Origin: Myxococcota bacterium
GTDB lineage: Bacteria > Myxococcota_A > UBA796 > UBA2385
Direction: 5' to 3'
Assembly (NCBI GenBank): GCA_044344255.1
Contig: JBIJDH010000002.1
Span: forward strand, 32,001 to 96,000
DNA length: 64,000 bases
Part shown: positions 9,887 to 21,181 of the stretch, piece by piece
How positions within the stretch are numbered: position 1 is the first letter of the stretch
Layout of the letters: each line of letters starts with the position of its first letter
Position numbers and translations under genes: made by a program
Notes under the pieces: model-generated
Database searches by the model: none
What the model saw: only the letters and a program-made list of their open reading frames with translations
Told to the model about the DNA's origin: nothing

Positions 9887-11245
9887 ATGAGCGGCGCGCC
9901 GTTGTCGGAGCGTCCCGTCCCGGCTTCTTTGTTTGGGGCTGGCAATCCCTATCGTCGGGTCCACGCGCTGCGACGGCGGCGGCTCGGCGGAGGGTGGGCC
10001 ACCCTGCTCCCCGTGGTTGTCGCGTTGGCGGCTACGCCCTTCACGAACGGCCCAGTGGAGCGCCTGCTCGTGGACATCGGCGGGCTGCAGGGCGTGGAGG
10101 CGCTGACCCTTCGGGCGGCGCTTCTGGCGGTCGCCGCGGTCGCCTTTCATTCTTACGCCGACTTGGTGCGTGGGCCGGATCGGGTCGTCGCCGACGCGCA
10201 CCCCGTACGAGCGGGGGACATGGTGAGGGCCATCGGGCTCCACACCCTCCGCGAGCGGGCGTACCTGCCGCTGGTCGCCGCCACGCTGCTCTCGCCGATC
10301 ATCGAGGTCGAGGGGACCGGCGTCTGGTTGGCCTCGGCGGCGGTCGTCGGTGCCTCGATGGTGGGCGCGGTTGGGGTGGGGCTCGCGGTGCACATCAGCG
10401 CAGTGGGCTTCGCTCTGAGCCCCCGAGCGGGCTGGGTCTTGGAGCTGCTTCGGGGTTCAACCCCCCGCATGCACGCGGCCCTCATCTACTCTCCAGGCGT
10501 GGCGCTGGTGGTCGCGGGCAGCTTCGCGGCCCTCTCCGTGGAGGGCACCGTCGCAGCGCTGCAGGGTTGGGCGCCGGGCTGGTGTCTCGCTCCGCTGCCG
10601 CTGCTGGCCGGTGGCCTGGGGATCGGGTTCGCGGCGCGCCTGGGGGAGCGTTGGCTCGTGCGCACCACCGCGGTCCTGACCGAGATCGAGGGCTCCTACG
10701 CCGGGCTGGAGCAGGGTGAGGACGGCCGTAGCGTCTACCTGGAGGGCCTGGGGCGGGGGAGGCCCGAGCTCACGCGCGCCCTCCGGCATGGCTGGCGGAG
10801 ACACCGCGCCTTCGCGACCGGGCCTTGGATCGCGGGGGCGCTGGGCGTCGTCGGGGGTTGGTCCGCGGAGGGCGGGGCGCTGGGTCGGGGGCTCGCGTTG
10901 ATCTCCGGCGCGGCCTTGCTCTGTGGGTTGCTGCCGTCGCGCTTCGCCGCCGGTGACCCGCCCTGGCTCGATCGGGCCTTGGGACTATCGGCGGCGCGCG
11001 TGGGCGCTGCCCGGGTTGGGGTGTCCTGGCTGTACGCCCAGGGGGCGCTGTTGCCCGGCCTCCTGCTGCTCGGCTTCCACCACGGAGGCCGCGCCGCTCC
11101 GGCGCTCCTTGGCCTCGAGGGGCTGAGCCTCGGCGTCGCCGGGGTGTCGGCGGTGCTCGGACAGCGATGGCCGGGCCGGGGCGTGTGGTATGCCGGGCCG
11201 ATCGTGCTGCTCACCTGGCTGATCTTCGTCTCGGAGGTGCTGTGA
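9887..11245 (+). CDS. Polytopic membrane protein, probable ABC exporter permease
   Basis: Many hydrophobic segments; stop overlaps the start of an ABC ATPase (TGATG). Confidence 0.6.
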   Translation: MSGAPLSERPVPASLFGAGNPYRRVHALRRRRLGGGWATLLPVVVALAATPFTNGPVERLLVDIGGLQGVEALTLRAALLAVAAVAFHSYADLVRGPDRVVADAHPVRAGDMVRAIGLHTLRERAYLPLVAATLLSPIIEVEGTGVWLASAAVVGASMVGAVGVGLAVHISAVGFALSPRAGWVLELLRGSTPRMHAALIYSPGVALVVAGSFAALSVEGTVAALQGWAPGWCLAPLPLLAGGLGIGFAARLGERWLVRTTAVLTEIEGSYAGLEQGEDGRSVYLEGLGRGRPELTRALRHGWRRHRAFATGPWIAGALGVVGGWSAEGGALGRGLALISGAALLCGLLPSRFAAGDPPWLDRALGLSAARVGAARVGVSWLYAQGALLPGLLLLGFHHGGRAAPALLGLEGLSLGVAGVSAVLGQRWPGRGVWYAGPIVLLTWLIFVSEVL

Positions 11246-11949
11246 TGTCGGTGGTAGACGCGATCCGCGCCGTGGCCCTCACTCGGCGCTTTGGTCGGGT
11301 GAGCGCCGTCGACGGGCTGGACATCACGGTGCGGAAGGGGGAGCTGGTGGGCCTCGTGGGCCCGAACGGCGCGGGGAAGAGCACCACCATCAAGATGCTC
11401 TCCGCGCAGTTGCTCCCCACAACTGGCAGCATTCACATCGACGGCATCGATGTCATCGCCGATCCGAACGGCGCGCGGGCCCGCATCGGCTACGTGCCGG
11501 AGGAGCCGGCGTTGTACGACTACCTCACGGCCCGCGAGATGGTCGACTTCGTGGTGGCCGTGCGGGGGCGTGGGGACGCGGCCCGGGCCTTACGACTCGC
11601 CGGTCTCGGGGACGACGCCGACAGACCGATTCAGGAGTACTCCCAAGGCATGCGCCGGAAGACCGCGCTGGCCTGCGCGATCGTGAGCCAGCCCGCGGTC
11701 CTCATCCTCGACGAGGCCCTGAACGGGCTCGATCCGCCGAGCGCCGAGCGGGTCGTCGCCTCCTTGAAGGCCGCCTGCGCGGAGGGGACCGCGGTGATCC
11801 TCTCCACGCACGTGCTCGACACGCTCGAACGCGTGGCCGATCGCATCGTGCTCATCGACGCGGGGAAGGTCCAGGCCGATCTCCCCACCGCCGATCTCGA
11901 CCAGGTCCGCGCCTTTTTCCGCACGATGGGGGAGCGATCGAGCCGCTGA
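11245..11949 (+). CDS. ABC transporter ATP-binding protein (exporter type)
   Basis: GPNGAGKST, YSQGMRRK signature, LILDEALNGLDP, STH. Confidence 0.92.
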   Translation: MSVVDAIRAVALTRRFGRVSAVDGLDITVRKGELVGLVGPNGAGKSTTIKMLSAQLLPTTGSIHIDGIDVIADPNGARARIGYVPEEPALYDYLTAREMVDFVVAVRGRGDAARALRLAGLGDDADRPIQEYSQGMRRKTALACAIVSQPAVLILDEALNGLDPPSAERVVASLKAACAEGTAVILSTHVLDTLERVADRIVLIDAGKVQADLPTADLDQVRAFFRTMGERSSR

Positions 11950-12008
11950 GCCTGGGCAAACCGCCGCCCGGCTCGCGGCTCCGCTCGGGCTCCGCGCAGG
12001 CCTTTGGC

Positions 12009-14129
12009 TCAGCTCACGTCGAAGCGAGCGAATTCCATCGTGAAGCTGCCACGGCCGCGGGTGATGCTGCGGAGCACGGTGGTGTAGCCGAGGAGGCCCT
12101 CGAGGGGGCACTCGCCCGCGATCGTGGACATGCCCATCTCGGCCTCCTGGCCGTGGATGTTGGACCGGCGGGACTGGAGGTCTCCGAGCACCCCGCCCAG
12201 GTTCTCGTCCGGGACCACTACCTCGATGCGCATGAGCGGCCGCAGCACCTGCCCGCCGCCGTTGGCCAAGGCCTCCCGGACGGCCTGAGAGGCGGCCATC
12301 CGGAGGGCCTGCGCCGTGGTGGCCTCGCCGAAGAGCTCGACCTCGAGCAGCTGGACGGCGACGTCTTGGAGCGGTGAGCCCTCGACCGGCCCGCCGAGCA
12401 CCGCGTCGTTCACGCCCGAGCGCACCGCCTCGAGCTGGGTCGCGGTGAGGAGGGCCCCCTCCGGCAGCACCCGGGGGCTCACCGTCAGCTCCATCCCGGT
12501 GTTTCGATCGCGCGGGCGGGCGCGGGCGAGGCAGCGCGCCTTGAGGTGCAGCTCCTTGGTCTCGGTGATGTGAAAGGTGCGCTCGACGAGCGCGTCGCCG
12601 GTGCCAGGGCCGGCGATGGTCTCGCGGCTCATCACGCGGGGCTTGCCGGCGTGGACCTTGAGGCCGAACTCTCGCTCGATTCGTTCGAAGACGATCTGGA
12701 GGTGCAGCTCACCCATCCCGCGTAGCACCCGCTGGCCCGTGTCCTTGTCTTCGACAAAACGAAGGGTGGGGTCCTCCTCGCAGACCTTCGCCATCACCTC
12801 GAGGAATTTCTCTTCCTCCTTGCTGGACTCCGGCTCGACCGCGAGGCCGAGGACGGGCTCCTTGGAGTCGATCTTCTCGAGGAAGACCTCGCGCTCCGGA
12901 TCGCACAGCGTGTCACCGGTCGTCGCCCAGCGGAGCCCGGCGAGGAGGCCGATCTGGCCGGCGCTGAGCACGTCGATCCGCTTCTTGGCGTCGGCGTCGA
13001 CGTCAAAGACGCGCGCCACCCGCTCCTCCTTGTCGCGTCCGGCGATGCGGATGGGGACTCCGGGCTCAAGCTTGCCGCGGTAGACGCGGACGAAGACGTG
13101 CCGGCGCCCCTCCCAGAGCTGCACCTTGAATGCGATAGCGGCGAGGGGGCCGTCCGAGGTCATCTCGACCAGCTCCTCGCTGCCGTCGGGCAGACGGGCG
13201 ATGGCCGGGGGGCGCTCGAGGGGGTTCGGCAGCAGCTTGAGCACGCCGTCCAACAGCGGCTGGACGCCGCGGTTGCGCAGCGCGGTGCCACCGAAGACGG
13301 GGATGATGCGCAGGGCGAGCGTGCCCTTGCGGAGCGCGGCCCAGACGAGGTCGGGTTCGACCTCCTCGCCCATGAACACGGCCTCCTCTAGGGACGGATC
13401 CAGCTCGGCGGCGGCGACCAGCATCGCCTCCCGGTGCCTGCGGAAGGTGTCGAGCTCGAGGGCGGGGATGTCCTCGAGGGTGACGACCTCGCCCCGCTCT
13501 CCGGAGAAGCGGTAGCATCTCTGCTCGATGAGGTGCATGACCCCGCCGTCGTCGATGGGGACGCAGACGGGCACGGTGTTGGCGCCGAGCCGCTTGCGCA
13601 GGCTCTCCATGCTGCGGTCGAAGCTCGCGCCGGGGCGGTCCATCTTGTTGACGAAGACGAGGCGGGGAACACCGAACTTGCTGGCCTGCCGCCAGACCGT
13701 CTCGGTCTGGGGCTCGACGCCGCGCACGCCGTCCATCACGATCACCGCGCCGTCCAGCACCCGCATCGAGCGCTCGACCTCGATCGTGAAGTCGACGTGC
13801 CCCGGGGTGTCGATCACCTGGATGAGGTGGTCCTTCCAGGGGCACTTCGTCACGGCGCTCGTGATCGTGATGCCGTGGGCCCGCTCCTCGGGCATGTAGT
13901 CCGTGTGCGTGTTCCCCTCGTGCACCTCGCCGATCTTGTGGGAGGCGCCGGTGTAGTAGAGGATGCGCTCGGTGAGCGTGGTCTTGCCGGCGTCGATGTG
14001 CGCGGCGATGCCGATGTTTCGGACGAGATCGAGATCTTCGCCTCGACCCACCCGCAGCGACTTCTCGGCGTGGCCCGACTTGCCGCCTTCCTTCCCGCCG
14101 TCCTTCTGGTCCTTCGCGCCCTTGGCCAC
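12009..14129 (-). CDS. fusA: Elongation factor G, divergent paralog (EF-G2-like)
   Basis: RNIGIAAHIDAGKTT, GITITSA, DTPGHVDF, NKMDR, GMGELHL, RSITRGRGSFTMEF; domain IV loops are non-canonical. Confidence 0.9.
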   Translation of the reverse strand: MAKGAKDQKDGGKEGGKSGHAEKSLRVGRGEDLDLVRNIGIAAHIDAGKTTLTERILYYTGASHKIGEVHEGNTHTDYMPEERAHGITITSAVTKCPWKDHLIQVIDTPGHVDFTIEVERSMRVLDGAVIVMDGVRGVEPQTETVWRQASKFGVPRLVFVNKMDRPGASFDRSMESLRKRLGANTVPVCVPIDDGGVMHLIEQRCYRFSGERGEVVTLEDIPALELDTFRRHREAMLVAAAELDPSLEEAVFMGEEVEPDLVWAALRKGTLALRIIPVFGGTALRNRGVQPLLDGVLKLLPNPLERPPAIARLPDGSEELVEMTSDGPLAAIAFKVQLWEGRRHVFVRVYRGKLEPGVPIRIAGRDKEERVARVFDVDADAKKRIDVLSAGQIGLLAGLRWATTGDTLCDPEREVFLEKIDSKEPVLGLAVEPESSKEEEKFLEVMAKVCEEDPTLRFVEDKDTGQRVLRGMGELHLQIVFERIEREFGLKVHAGKPRVMSRETIAGPGTGDALVERTFHITETKELHLKARCLARARPRDRNTGMELTVSPRVLPEGALLTATQLEAVRSGVNDAVLGGPVEGSPLQDVAVQLLEVELFGEATTAQALRMAASQAVREALANGGGQVLRPLMRIEVVVPDENLGGVLGDLQSRRSNIHGQEAEMGMSTIAGECPLEGLLGYTTVLRSITRGRGSFTMEFARFDVS

Positions 14130-14233
14130 CGCTGCCTCCTGAGCTCCCCGGGTAGGGGAGGGCCGGCCTACTAACCTGGGGCGGCGCGCCGCGAGGTGAG
14201 GGGATAGCGGGGCCGCGCGCGGAGGGCGGCGAC

Positions 14234-15313
14234 ATGGGTGGAATCCTGCTCCTGGAAGACGGGCGCTCCTTTGAGGGAGAGGGCTTCGGCGCCCGTGGCA
14301 CGCGGGTGGGTGAGGTCGTCTTCAATACGGCGATGACCGGGTACCAGGAGGTCCTCACGGATCCCTCGTACACCGAGCAGATTGTCGTAATGACGGCGGC
14401 GCACGTGGGAAACACGGGTATGAACGACGAGGATCCGGAGAGCGCCCGCATTTGGCCCTCTGGCTTCATCGCCCGCAGCTTCTCGCGACTGCACTCGAAC
14501 CACCGCGCCAACGACGGCCTGGATCACGCGCTCCGGCGCGCCGAGCTCCCGGCGGTCCAAGGCATCGACACCCGCGCACTCGTCCGGCACATCCGCTCGA
14601 GGGGCGCCATGCGGGCCGTGATCTCCACGGACGGTACGTCGGCGGCCGATCTCTGGGAGCGGCTCAACGCCTGGCCGGGCATGGTCGGCCGCGCGCTCGC
14701 GGCCGAGGTGGGGACACGGATCCCCTATGTCTTCGCCGATCCAATCGCCCCGCGGGCCCGTGTGAGCGTGATCGACGGCGGGGTGAAGACCAACATCCTC
14801 CGCCTCCTCGCCGAGGCCGGCTGCAAGGTGGTCGTGCACCCCATCGAGGCCTCGGCGGCCACGTGGATGGAGGGCGCTGACCTGCTCTTCCTCAGCAACG
14901 GCCCGGGCGATCCCGCCGCCCTGCCCGGCGTCGTGGCCGAGCTCAGGGCCTGCCGCGGGCGGATCCCGATGGCCGGCATCTGCCTCGGCCACCAGCTCCT
15001 CGGCCTCACGGTCGGGGCCGACACCTTCAAGCTCCGCTTCGGCCACCGGGGCGCCAACCACCCGGTCCGCGACGAAGAGACGGGCCGCGTTGAGATCACG
15101 AGCCAGAACCATGGCTTCTGCGTCGATCCGGCGGGTGTGGTGGCCGCCGGCGGGGTGGTCACCCACGTCAACCTCAACGACCAGACCCTCGAGGGCTTCC
15201 GGCACGACGGCGACCGCATCATCGCCGTGCAGTACCACCCCGAGTCGGCCCCCGGCCCGCACGACAGCCGACACCTGCTGGTCGACCGCTTCTTGCGCTT
15301 CTGCGGCGCCTGA
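14234..15313 (+). CDS. carA: Carbamoyl-phosphate synthase small subunit
   Basis: GEVVFNTAMTGYQE.LTDPSY, SNGPGDP, ICLGHQL, QYHPE. Confidence 0.97.
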   Translation: MGGILLLEDGRSFEGEGFGARGTRVGEVVFNTAMTGYQEVLTDPSYTEQIVVMTAAHVGNTGMNDEDPESARIWPSGFIARSFSRLHSNHRANDGLDHALRRAELPAVQGIDTRALVRHIRSRGAMRAVISTDGTSAADLWERLNAWPGMVGRALAAEVGTRIPYVFADPIAPRARVSVIDGGVKTNILRLLAEAGCKVVVHPIEASAATWMEGADLLFLSNGPGDPAALPGVVAELRACRGRIPMAGICLGHQLLGLTVGADTFKLRFGHRGANHPVRDEETGRVEITSQNHGFCVDPAGVVAAGGVVTHVNLNDQTLEGFRHDGDRIIAVQYHPESAPGPHDSRHLLVDRFLRFCGA

Positions 15314-15337
15314 GCGGCCGCATCGCGGAGGTCTGCC

Positions 15338-15799
15338 TCAGCGCTCGAAGGTCCAGTCGCCCTGGAGGGCGCCGGTGCCGCCGGGGACCGCCAGGGCGCA
15401 GGCCCCATGGATCTCGTCCTGGTCAAGATCGCCGCTCGCCGTGAACACGAAGGTGCCCTCGTCGTTCTTGAGCTCGCTCGTGACCTCGATGAAGGTACCG
15501 TTCCGTTCGCCCTTGAGATCGCCCTTGAAGCTGCGGTCTCCCGACATGTCGAAGGTGAAGTTGCCCTCGAAGGTGCGTCCGCTCCCGCTCTCGACGTCGG
15601 ACTCCATCTCGGCCTGGTAGACGTAGGCGAAGTCGGTGCTCCCGAAGTCACAAGCGCCGAACCAGTGCCCGTTCATGTCTGTGCAGCCGGCGAGGGCGAG
15701 GAGCGGTAGCAGGGCCGCCGCGCGGCTGCGGGGGCCGAAGCGGGGGAGGCGAGGGGAGCGGGGGAGGTGAGCGGAGCGGGAGGGGTAGGGGGAGCGCAT
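15338..15799 (-). CDS. Hypothetical lipoprotein
   Basis: Lipobox LALAGC followed by a beta-rich domain; start uncertain. Confidence 0.65.
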   Translation of the reverse strand: MRSPYPSRSAHLPRSPRLPRFGPRSRAAALLPLLALAGCTDMNGHWFGACDFGSTDFAYVYQAEMESDVESGSGRTFEGNFTFDMSGDRSFKGDLKGERNGTFIEVTSELKNDEGTFVFTASGDLDQDEIHGACALAVPGGTGALQGDWTFER

Positions 15800-15913
15800 C
15801 TCATGTTCTAGCACGGGGAGGCTCGATCGGCCGCGCCAACGGGCGCCCTCCGTGGCCCGGGTGGACCCTCCCTAGGTGGCCTGGGTTAGCGGAGCCGCTC
15901 ATTCGGAGCCCCC

Positions 15914-17022
<1,109 letters not shown>

Positions 17023-17023
<1 letters not shown>

Positions 17024-17880
17024 TGGCGTTCACCCTCCCCGGTGCCACGGTCCTCTCGGCGGTGCGCTGCTTTGGCGGGGAGCAGCTCCAGCTCCGCCAT
17101 GACAGCGCCGTCCTCGGCGTCCCGATGGTCTTCTCGGTCTACCTGCCGCCGGCGGCGGAGGCCGGCCCGGTGCCGGTGCTCTGGTGGCTGTCGGGCCTCA
17201 CCTGCACCGACCAGAACTTCGTGACCAAGGCCGGTGCCCAACGGGTCGCTGCGGAGCTCGGCGTCGCCCTCATCACCCCCGACACGTCCCCGCGCGGGCC
17301 CGACGTGCCCGGTGATCCGGACGGCGGCTGGGACTTCGGGCTGGGCGCGGGCTTCTACGTCGACGCCACCGAGGCGCCCTGGCGCACGCACTACCGAATG
17401 TACAGCTACCTCCGAGACGAGCTGCCGGGGGTGGCGGCGGCGCTGCCGATCGACCTCACGCGGCAGGCGATCAGCGGACACTCGATGGGCGGCCATGGGG
17501 CCCTGGTGATGGCCCTGCGCAACCCGGGTCGCTTCCGCTCCGTCTCCGCCTTCGCGCCGGTCTGCGCGCCCTCGGTGGCGCCGTGGGGGGTCAAGGCCTT
17601 CGGTCGGTACCTCGGGCCCGACCTCGCGGCCTGGCGCGCCTACGACACGACCGCCTTGCTCGCGGGGGCGACCGAGCGCCTGCCGCTGCTCATCGACGAG
17701 GGGGAGGCCGACCCCTTCCGGGCGGAGCAGCTCGGCCTCTCGCGCTTGGAGGCGGAGGCCGCGCGGGTGGGGCACCCGGTCGAGCTCCGGCGGCGGCCTG
17801 GCTACGACCACAGCTACTTCTTCGTCGCCACCTTCATCGAGGAGCACCTCCGCTGGCACGCGGCGGCCCTCCGGGCTTGA
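17023..17880 (+). CDS. fghA: S-formylglutathione hydrolase
   Basis: LSGLTC, PDTSPRG, GAGFY, GHSMGG, GYDHSY; translationally coupled to frmA. Confidence 0.96.
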
Positions 17881-17898
17881 GCGCGCCGGGCGCGGTGG

Positions 17899-20800
17899 TC
17901 AACGCACCCCACCCAAGAGCAGGTAGACCGCTCCGCCCGTCGCGCCGCCGGTGTCGTCGCTGTAGCCGCTGACCCAGATGTCAGGGTAGCCGTCCGCGTT
18001 GTTGTCTCCCCCGGCGGCGACGGAGTAACCTGCGAAGTCCTGAGCGTCTTCGCCGACGATGAAGACGTCGGCGGCGGAGGCGGCCTGGGTGCCCGAGACC
18101 GGCCCATAGAACAGGTAGGCGGCGCCCGCCGCGGTGCCGACGGTGTCCTCCCCGTAGGCGCCGAGCAGCAGGTCGGCGTAGCCGTCGTCATCGACGTCCC
18201 CGGCGCCGTCGAGGCCGCGGGAGAGGTAGTCGTTGGCCGCGCCGCCCGTGAAGGTTGCGGTGGCGGCGGTGGCCGCCTTGCTGCCGGTGGTGCCGCCGAG
18301 GAAGAGCCAGGCGCTGCCGGAGGATGCCCCTCCGGTGTCGGCGTTGTAGGCGCCGATGAACACGTCATCGTAGCCGTCACCGTTCACGTCACCGCCACCG
18401 CTCACCGTCTGGCCGAGGCCATCGCTGGCGACCGTCCCCGACACCCGCAGCGTGTAGGTGGAGGCGTCGACCGCGCCGGAGGGGGCGTTGGTGAAGACAT
18501 AGGCGGCGCCGGCGTAGGTGAGGGCGCCGCTGGGCGCGCGGCCCGGGGCGCCGATGATGAGGTCGTGGCTGCCGTCCCCGTCGAAGTCGCCGGCGTCGTC
18601 CACGGCGGTGCCGAAGGCGTCGGGGCCGTCTTCGCCGATGATGCGCCCGTCCGCGTAGGTGGCGGCGAGGATCGACGTGGAGCTGGAGTGCGGTCCGTAG
18701 AACAGGTAGGCGATGCCCGCCGCCGAGCCGCCGCTGTCCTGGCTGGGTGCGCCCACCGCGACCTCGCCGATCGTGTCGCTGTCCATGCTGCCGATGAGGG
18801 CGACCGAGGCGCCGAGGTAGTCCCCCGCCGTGTTCCCGCCGAGGATGAGGTCAGCCCCCGCGGAGGCGGTGGTGGTGCCGCTCGCCGGCGCCCCAAACAG
18901 GATGTAGGCGGCGCCTGCGTTTGAGGAGGAGAGGTCGGAGTACTTCGAGCCGAAGATCGCGTCGTCGTAGCTGTCGCCGTCGAGATCCTGACCGCCGCTC
19001 AGGCTGGCCGCGAAGTTGTCGCCGGAGGTGTCCCCGGTGATCCGAGCGCGGGCGCCGCTGAGCGAAACGATGCCTGTATTGGGTCCGTACACGATCCAAG
19101 CCTGACCGGTGGCGGTGGCGTAGCTGGCGCCGCCGACCAGCACGTCATCGTACCCGTCCTGGTTCATGTCGCCGGCCGAGGCGACGCTCATCCCGGCGTA
19201 GTAGGAGGCGGCCTCCCCATAGAGCTTGGCGTCGGCGTCGGCGAGGTCGATCGTGCCCTCGAGGCCGCAGGCCCCGTCGGCGCCGCTGCAGTCCTGGTCG
19301 ACCCCGTCCTCACAGACCTCCGGCGCGCCCGGGTACACGGTGAGCGCGGCGTCGTCGCAGTCTGTCTTGCTCGTGACGTAGCCGGTCGGCTTGTCGCAAG
19401 CGGTGGCCTTGACCGTGGAGCTCCCGTAGGTGTCGCCGTCGGCGTCCTGGTACCAGGAGCTCTTCCCAGAGGCGCCGGAGTCGAGGTCATCGGCGAGGCC
19501 GTCACAGTCCTCATCGGTGTTCGAGGCGTCGCAGAGCTCGGTGGCGCCGGGGTGGATGGCGCTGTTCGAGTCTTTACAGTCCGAGCTGTCGGAGACGTAG
19601 CCGGTGGGGGCGGCGCAGGCGGCCTTGGTGGTGGCAGTGGTGCCGTAGCCGTCGCTGTCGGCGTCGCGGTACCAGGTGGTCGTGCCGGTCACGCTCGTGT
19701 CGGCGTCGTCGATCAGGCCGTCGCAGTCGTCGTCGACGCTGTTGCAGGCCTCGGCGTCGGCGGGGGAGATGGCCGCGCTCGTGTCGTCGCAGTCGGTGCG
19801 GCTGGCGACGTAGCCGGTGGGCTTCGAGCAGGCCGAGGTGGAAACCGCAGGGTCTCCGTAGCCGTCGCTGTCACCGTCCGCGTACCAGGTGGCGGCGTCG
19901 ACCGCGCTGTCGTCGGCCGTGCCGTCACAGTCATCGTCCAGGCTGTTGCAGAGCTCGCTCGCCCCCGGGTAGGCGCTGGCGCGGCTGTCGTCACAGTCTT
20001 GGTCGTCGGCGACGGTGCCCGCGAGCGGATCGCAGGCGTAGGTGACGGCGGTGGCGTCGCCGTAGGTGTCGCCGTCGCTGTCGGCGTACCAGGCGAGCGG
20101 GTCGATGGCGTCGGCGCCGTCGGTGAGGGTGTCGCAGTTGTTGTCGAGGCCGTCGCAGCGCTCGTCGGCGTCGGGTGAGATGGCGGCGTCGCCGTCGTCG
20201 CAGTCGTCGTCGGAGGCGGCGTAGCCGGAGGGGAGCGCGCAGGCGGAGAGGGGGAGAGCAGGGTCCCCGTGGCCGTCCCCGTCGCCGTCGGCGTACCAGG
20301 TGGGGGCGTCTGCGGGGGGGCCCTCGTCGGTGGAGCCGTCACAGTCGTCATCCACGTCGTTACAGCGCTCCTCGGCGCCGGGGTACACGCTGGCGTCGGC
20401 GTCGTCGCAGTCGTCGCCGCCCCAGTCTGTCGAGACGGCGCCGTCCCCGTCCTGGTCGGCCTCGACCACCTCGATCACCACGGAGGCGGCGCCGGTCTTG
20501 CCGCTGCTGTCGGTGGCCGTCACGTCGAGGCTGGTGAGGCCCAGCGGGAGATCGGTGATGTAGAAGCGGGCCCAGCCGTCGGAGGTGGGGGCGGCGGGCG
20601 CGCTCGCCCCCGCTGAGGCCGACCAGTCGAGGCGGAGCGCGGTGATGTCGGCCTCGTCGGCGTCGGTCACCTCGAGCTCTACGCTCACGGGCTCGCCGCG
20701 GAGCTGGGTGTCGGTGGCGAGCGGCGCGGCGAAGCGCGGCGCGGGGGCGGCCCCGGCGGCGACGGTGAGCGCGAGCTGATCCTGGCCCGAGGCGGCGTCG

Positions 20801-21111
20801 GGATCGACGACGGTGAGCTGGATCTCATGCTGACCCGCCGGCAGGCCCAGGGGGAGCACGAACAGCACGCTGTCGGGGGTGATGGTGGTCTCCCCGCTCA
20901 ACGGGGCGCCGGTGCTGTCCTGCCAGAAGTAGCTCAGCGCCTCGTTGTCGGACTCGCGGTCGGAGACCTGGGCGATCAGGCTCAGCGGCTCGCCCTCACC
21001 CACCTCCGAGCCGTCGGCGGGCGAGGTGAAGCTGACCGCCGGGGCGTCATTGTGGACCTTCAGTCCGGAGTCAGAGCAGGCGGAAAGCAAGAGGAACAAG
21101 GCGGGTCGCAT
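17899..21111 (-). CDS. Large surface lipoprotein: Ig-like domains, six MopE-type Asp/Cys metal-binding repeats and an FG-GAP beta-propeller
   Basis: Lipobox LLSAC; six DCDD..PG/D-A-E-C..D.DC repeats; repeated GD.DGDG..D FG-GAP motifs. Confidence 0.85.
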   Translation of the reverse strand: MRPALFLLLSACSDSGLKVHNDAPAVSFTSPADGSEVGEGEPLSLIAQVSDRESDNEALSYFWQDSTGAPLSGETTITPDSVLFVLPLGLPAGQHEIQLTVVDPDAASGQDQLALTVAAGAAPAPRFAAPLATDTQLRGEPVSVELEVTDADEADITALRLDWSASAGASAPAAPTSDGWARFYITDLPLGLTSLDVTATDSSGKTGAASVVIEVVEADQDGDGAVSTDWGGDDCDDADASVYPGAEERCNDVDDDCDGSTDEGPPADAPTWYADGDGDGHGDPALPLSACALPSGYAASDDDCDDGDAAISPDADERCDGLDNNCDTLTDGADAIDPLAWYADSDGDTYGDATAVTYACDPLAGTVADDQDCDDSRASAYPGASELCNSLDDDCDGTADDSAVDAATWYADGDSDGYGDPAVSTSACSKPTGYVASRTDCDDTSAAISPADAEACNSVDDDCDGLIDDADTSVTGTTTWYRDADSDGYGTTATTKAACAAPTGYVSDSSDCKDSNSAIHPGATELCDASNTDEDCDGLADDLDSGASGKSSWYQDADGDTYGSSTVKATACDKPTGYVTSKTDCDDAALTVYPGAPEVCEDGVDQDCSGADGACGLEGTIDLADADAKLYGEAASYYAGMSVASAGDMNQDGYDDVLVGGASYATATGQAWIVYGPNTGIVSLSGARARITGDTSGDNFAASLSGGQDLDGDSYDDAIFGSKYSDLSSSNAGAAYILFGAPASGTTTASAGADLILGGNTAGDYLGASVALIGSMDSDTIGEVAVGAPSQDSGGSAAGIAYLFYGPHSSSTSILAATYADGRIIGEDGPDAFGTAVDDAGDFDGDGSHDLIIGAPGRAPSGALTYAGAAYVFTNAPSGAVDASTYTLRVSGTVASDGLGQTVSGGGDVNGDGYDDVFIGAYNADTGGASSGSAWLFLGGTTGSKAATAATATFTGGAANDYLSRGLDGAGDVDDDGYADLLLGAYGEDTVGTAAGAAYLFYGPVSGTQAASAADVFIVGEDAQDFAGYSVAAGGDNNADGYPDIWVSGYSDDTGGATGGAVYLLLGGVR

Positions 21112-21181
21112 GGGATCTCGGGCATCGGCGATTCGGGTTCGACGCTTGCAGGATACTCCGACAGGCGGCTACACGCGCCCC

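Noticed and set aside
15742..15795. G-quadruplex-like G-run cluster
   Set aside because: Explicable by Pro/Arg/Ser codons on the opposite strand in a very GC-rich genome; no independent support
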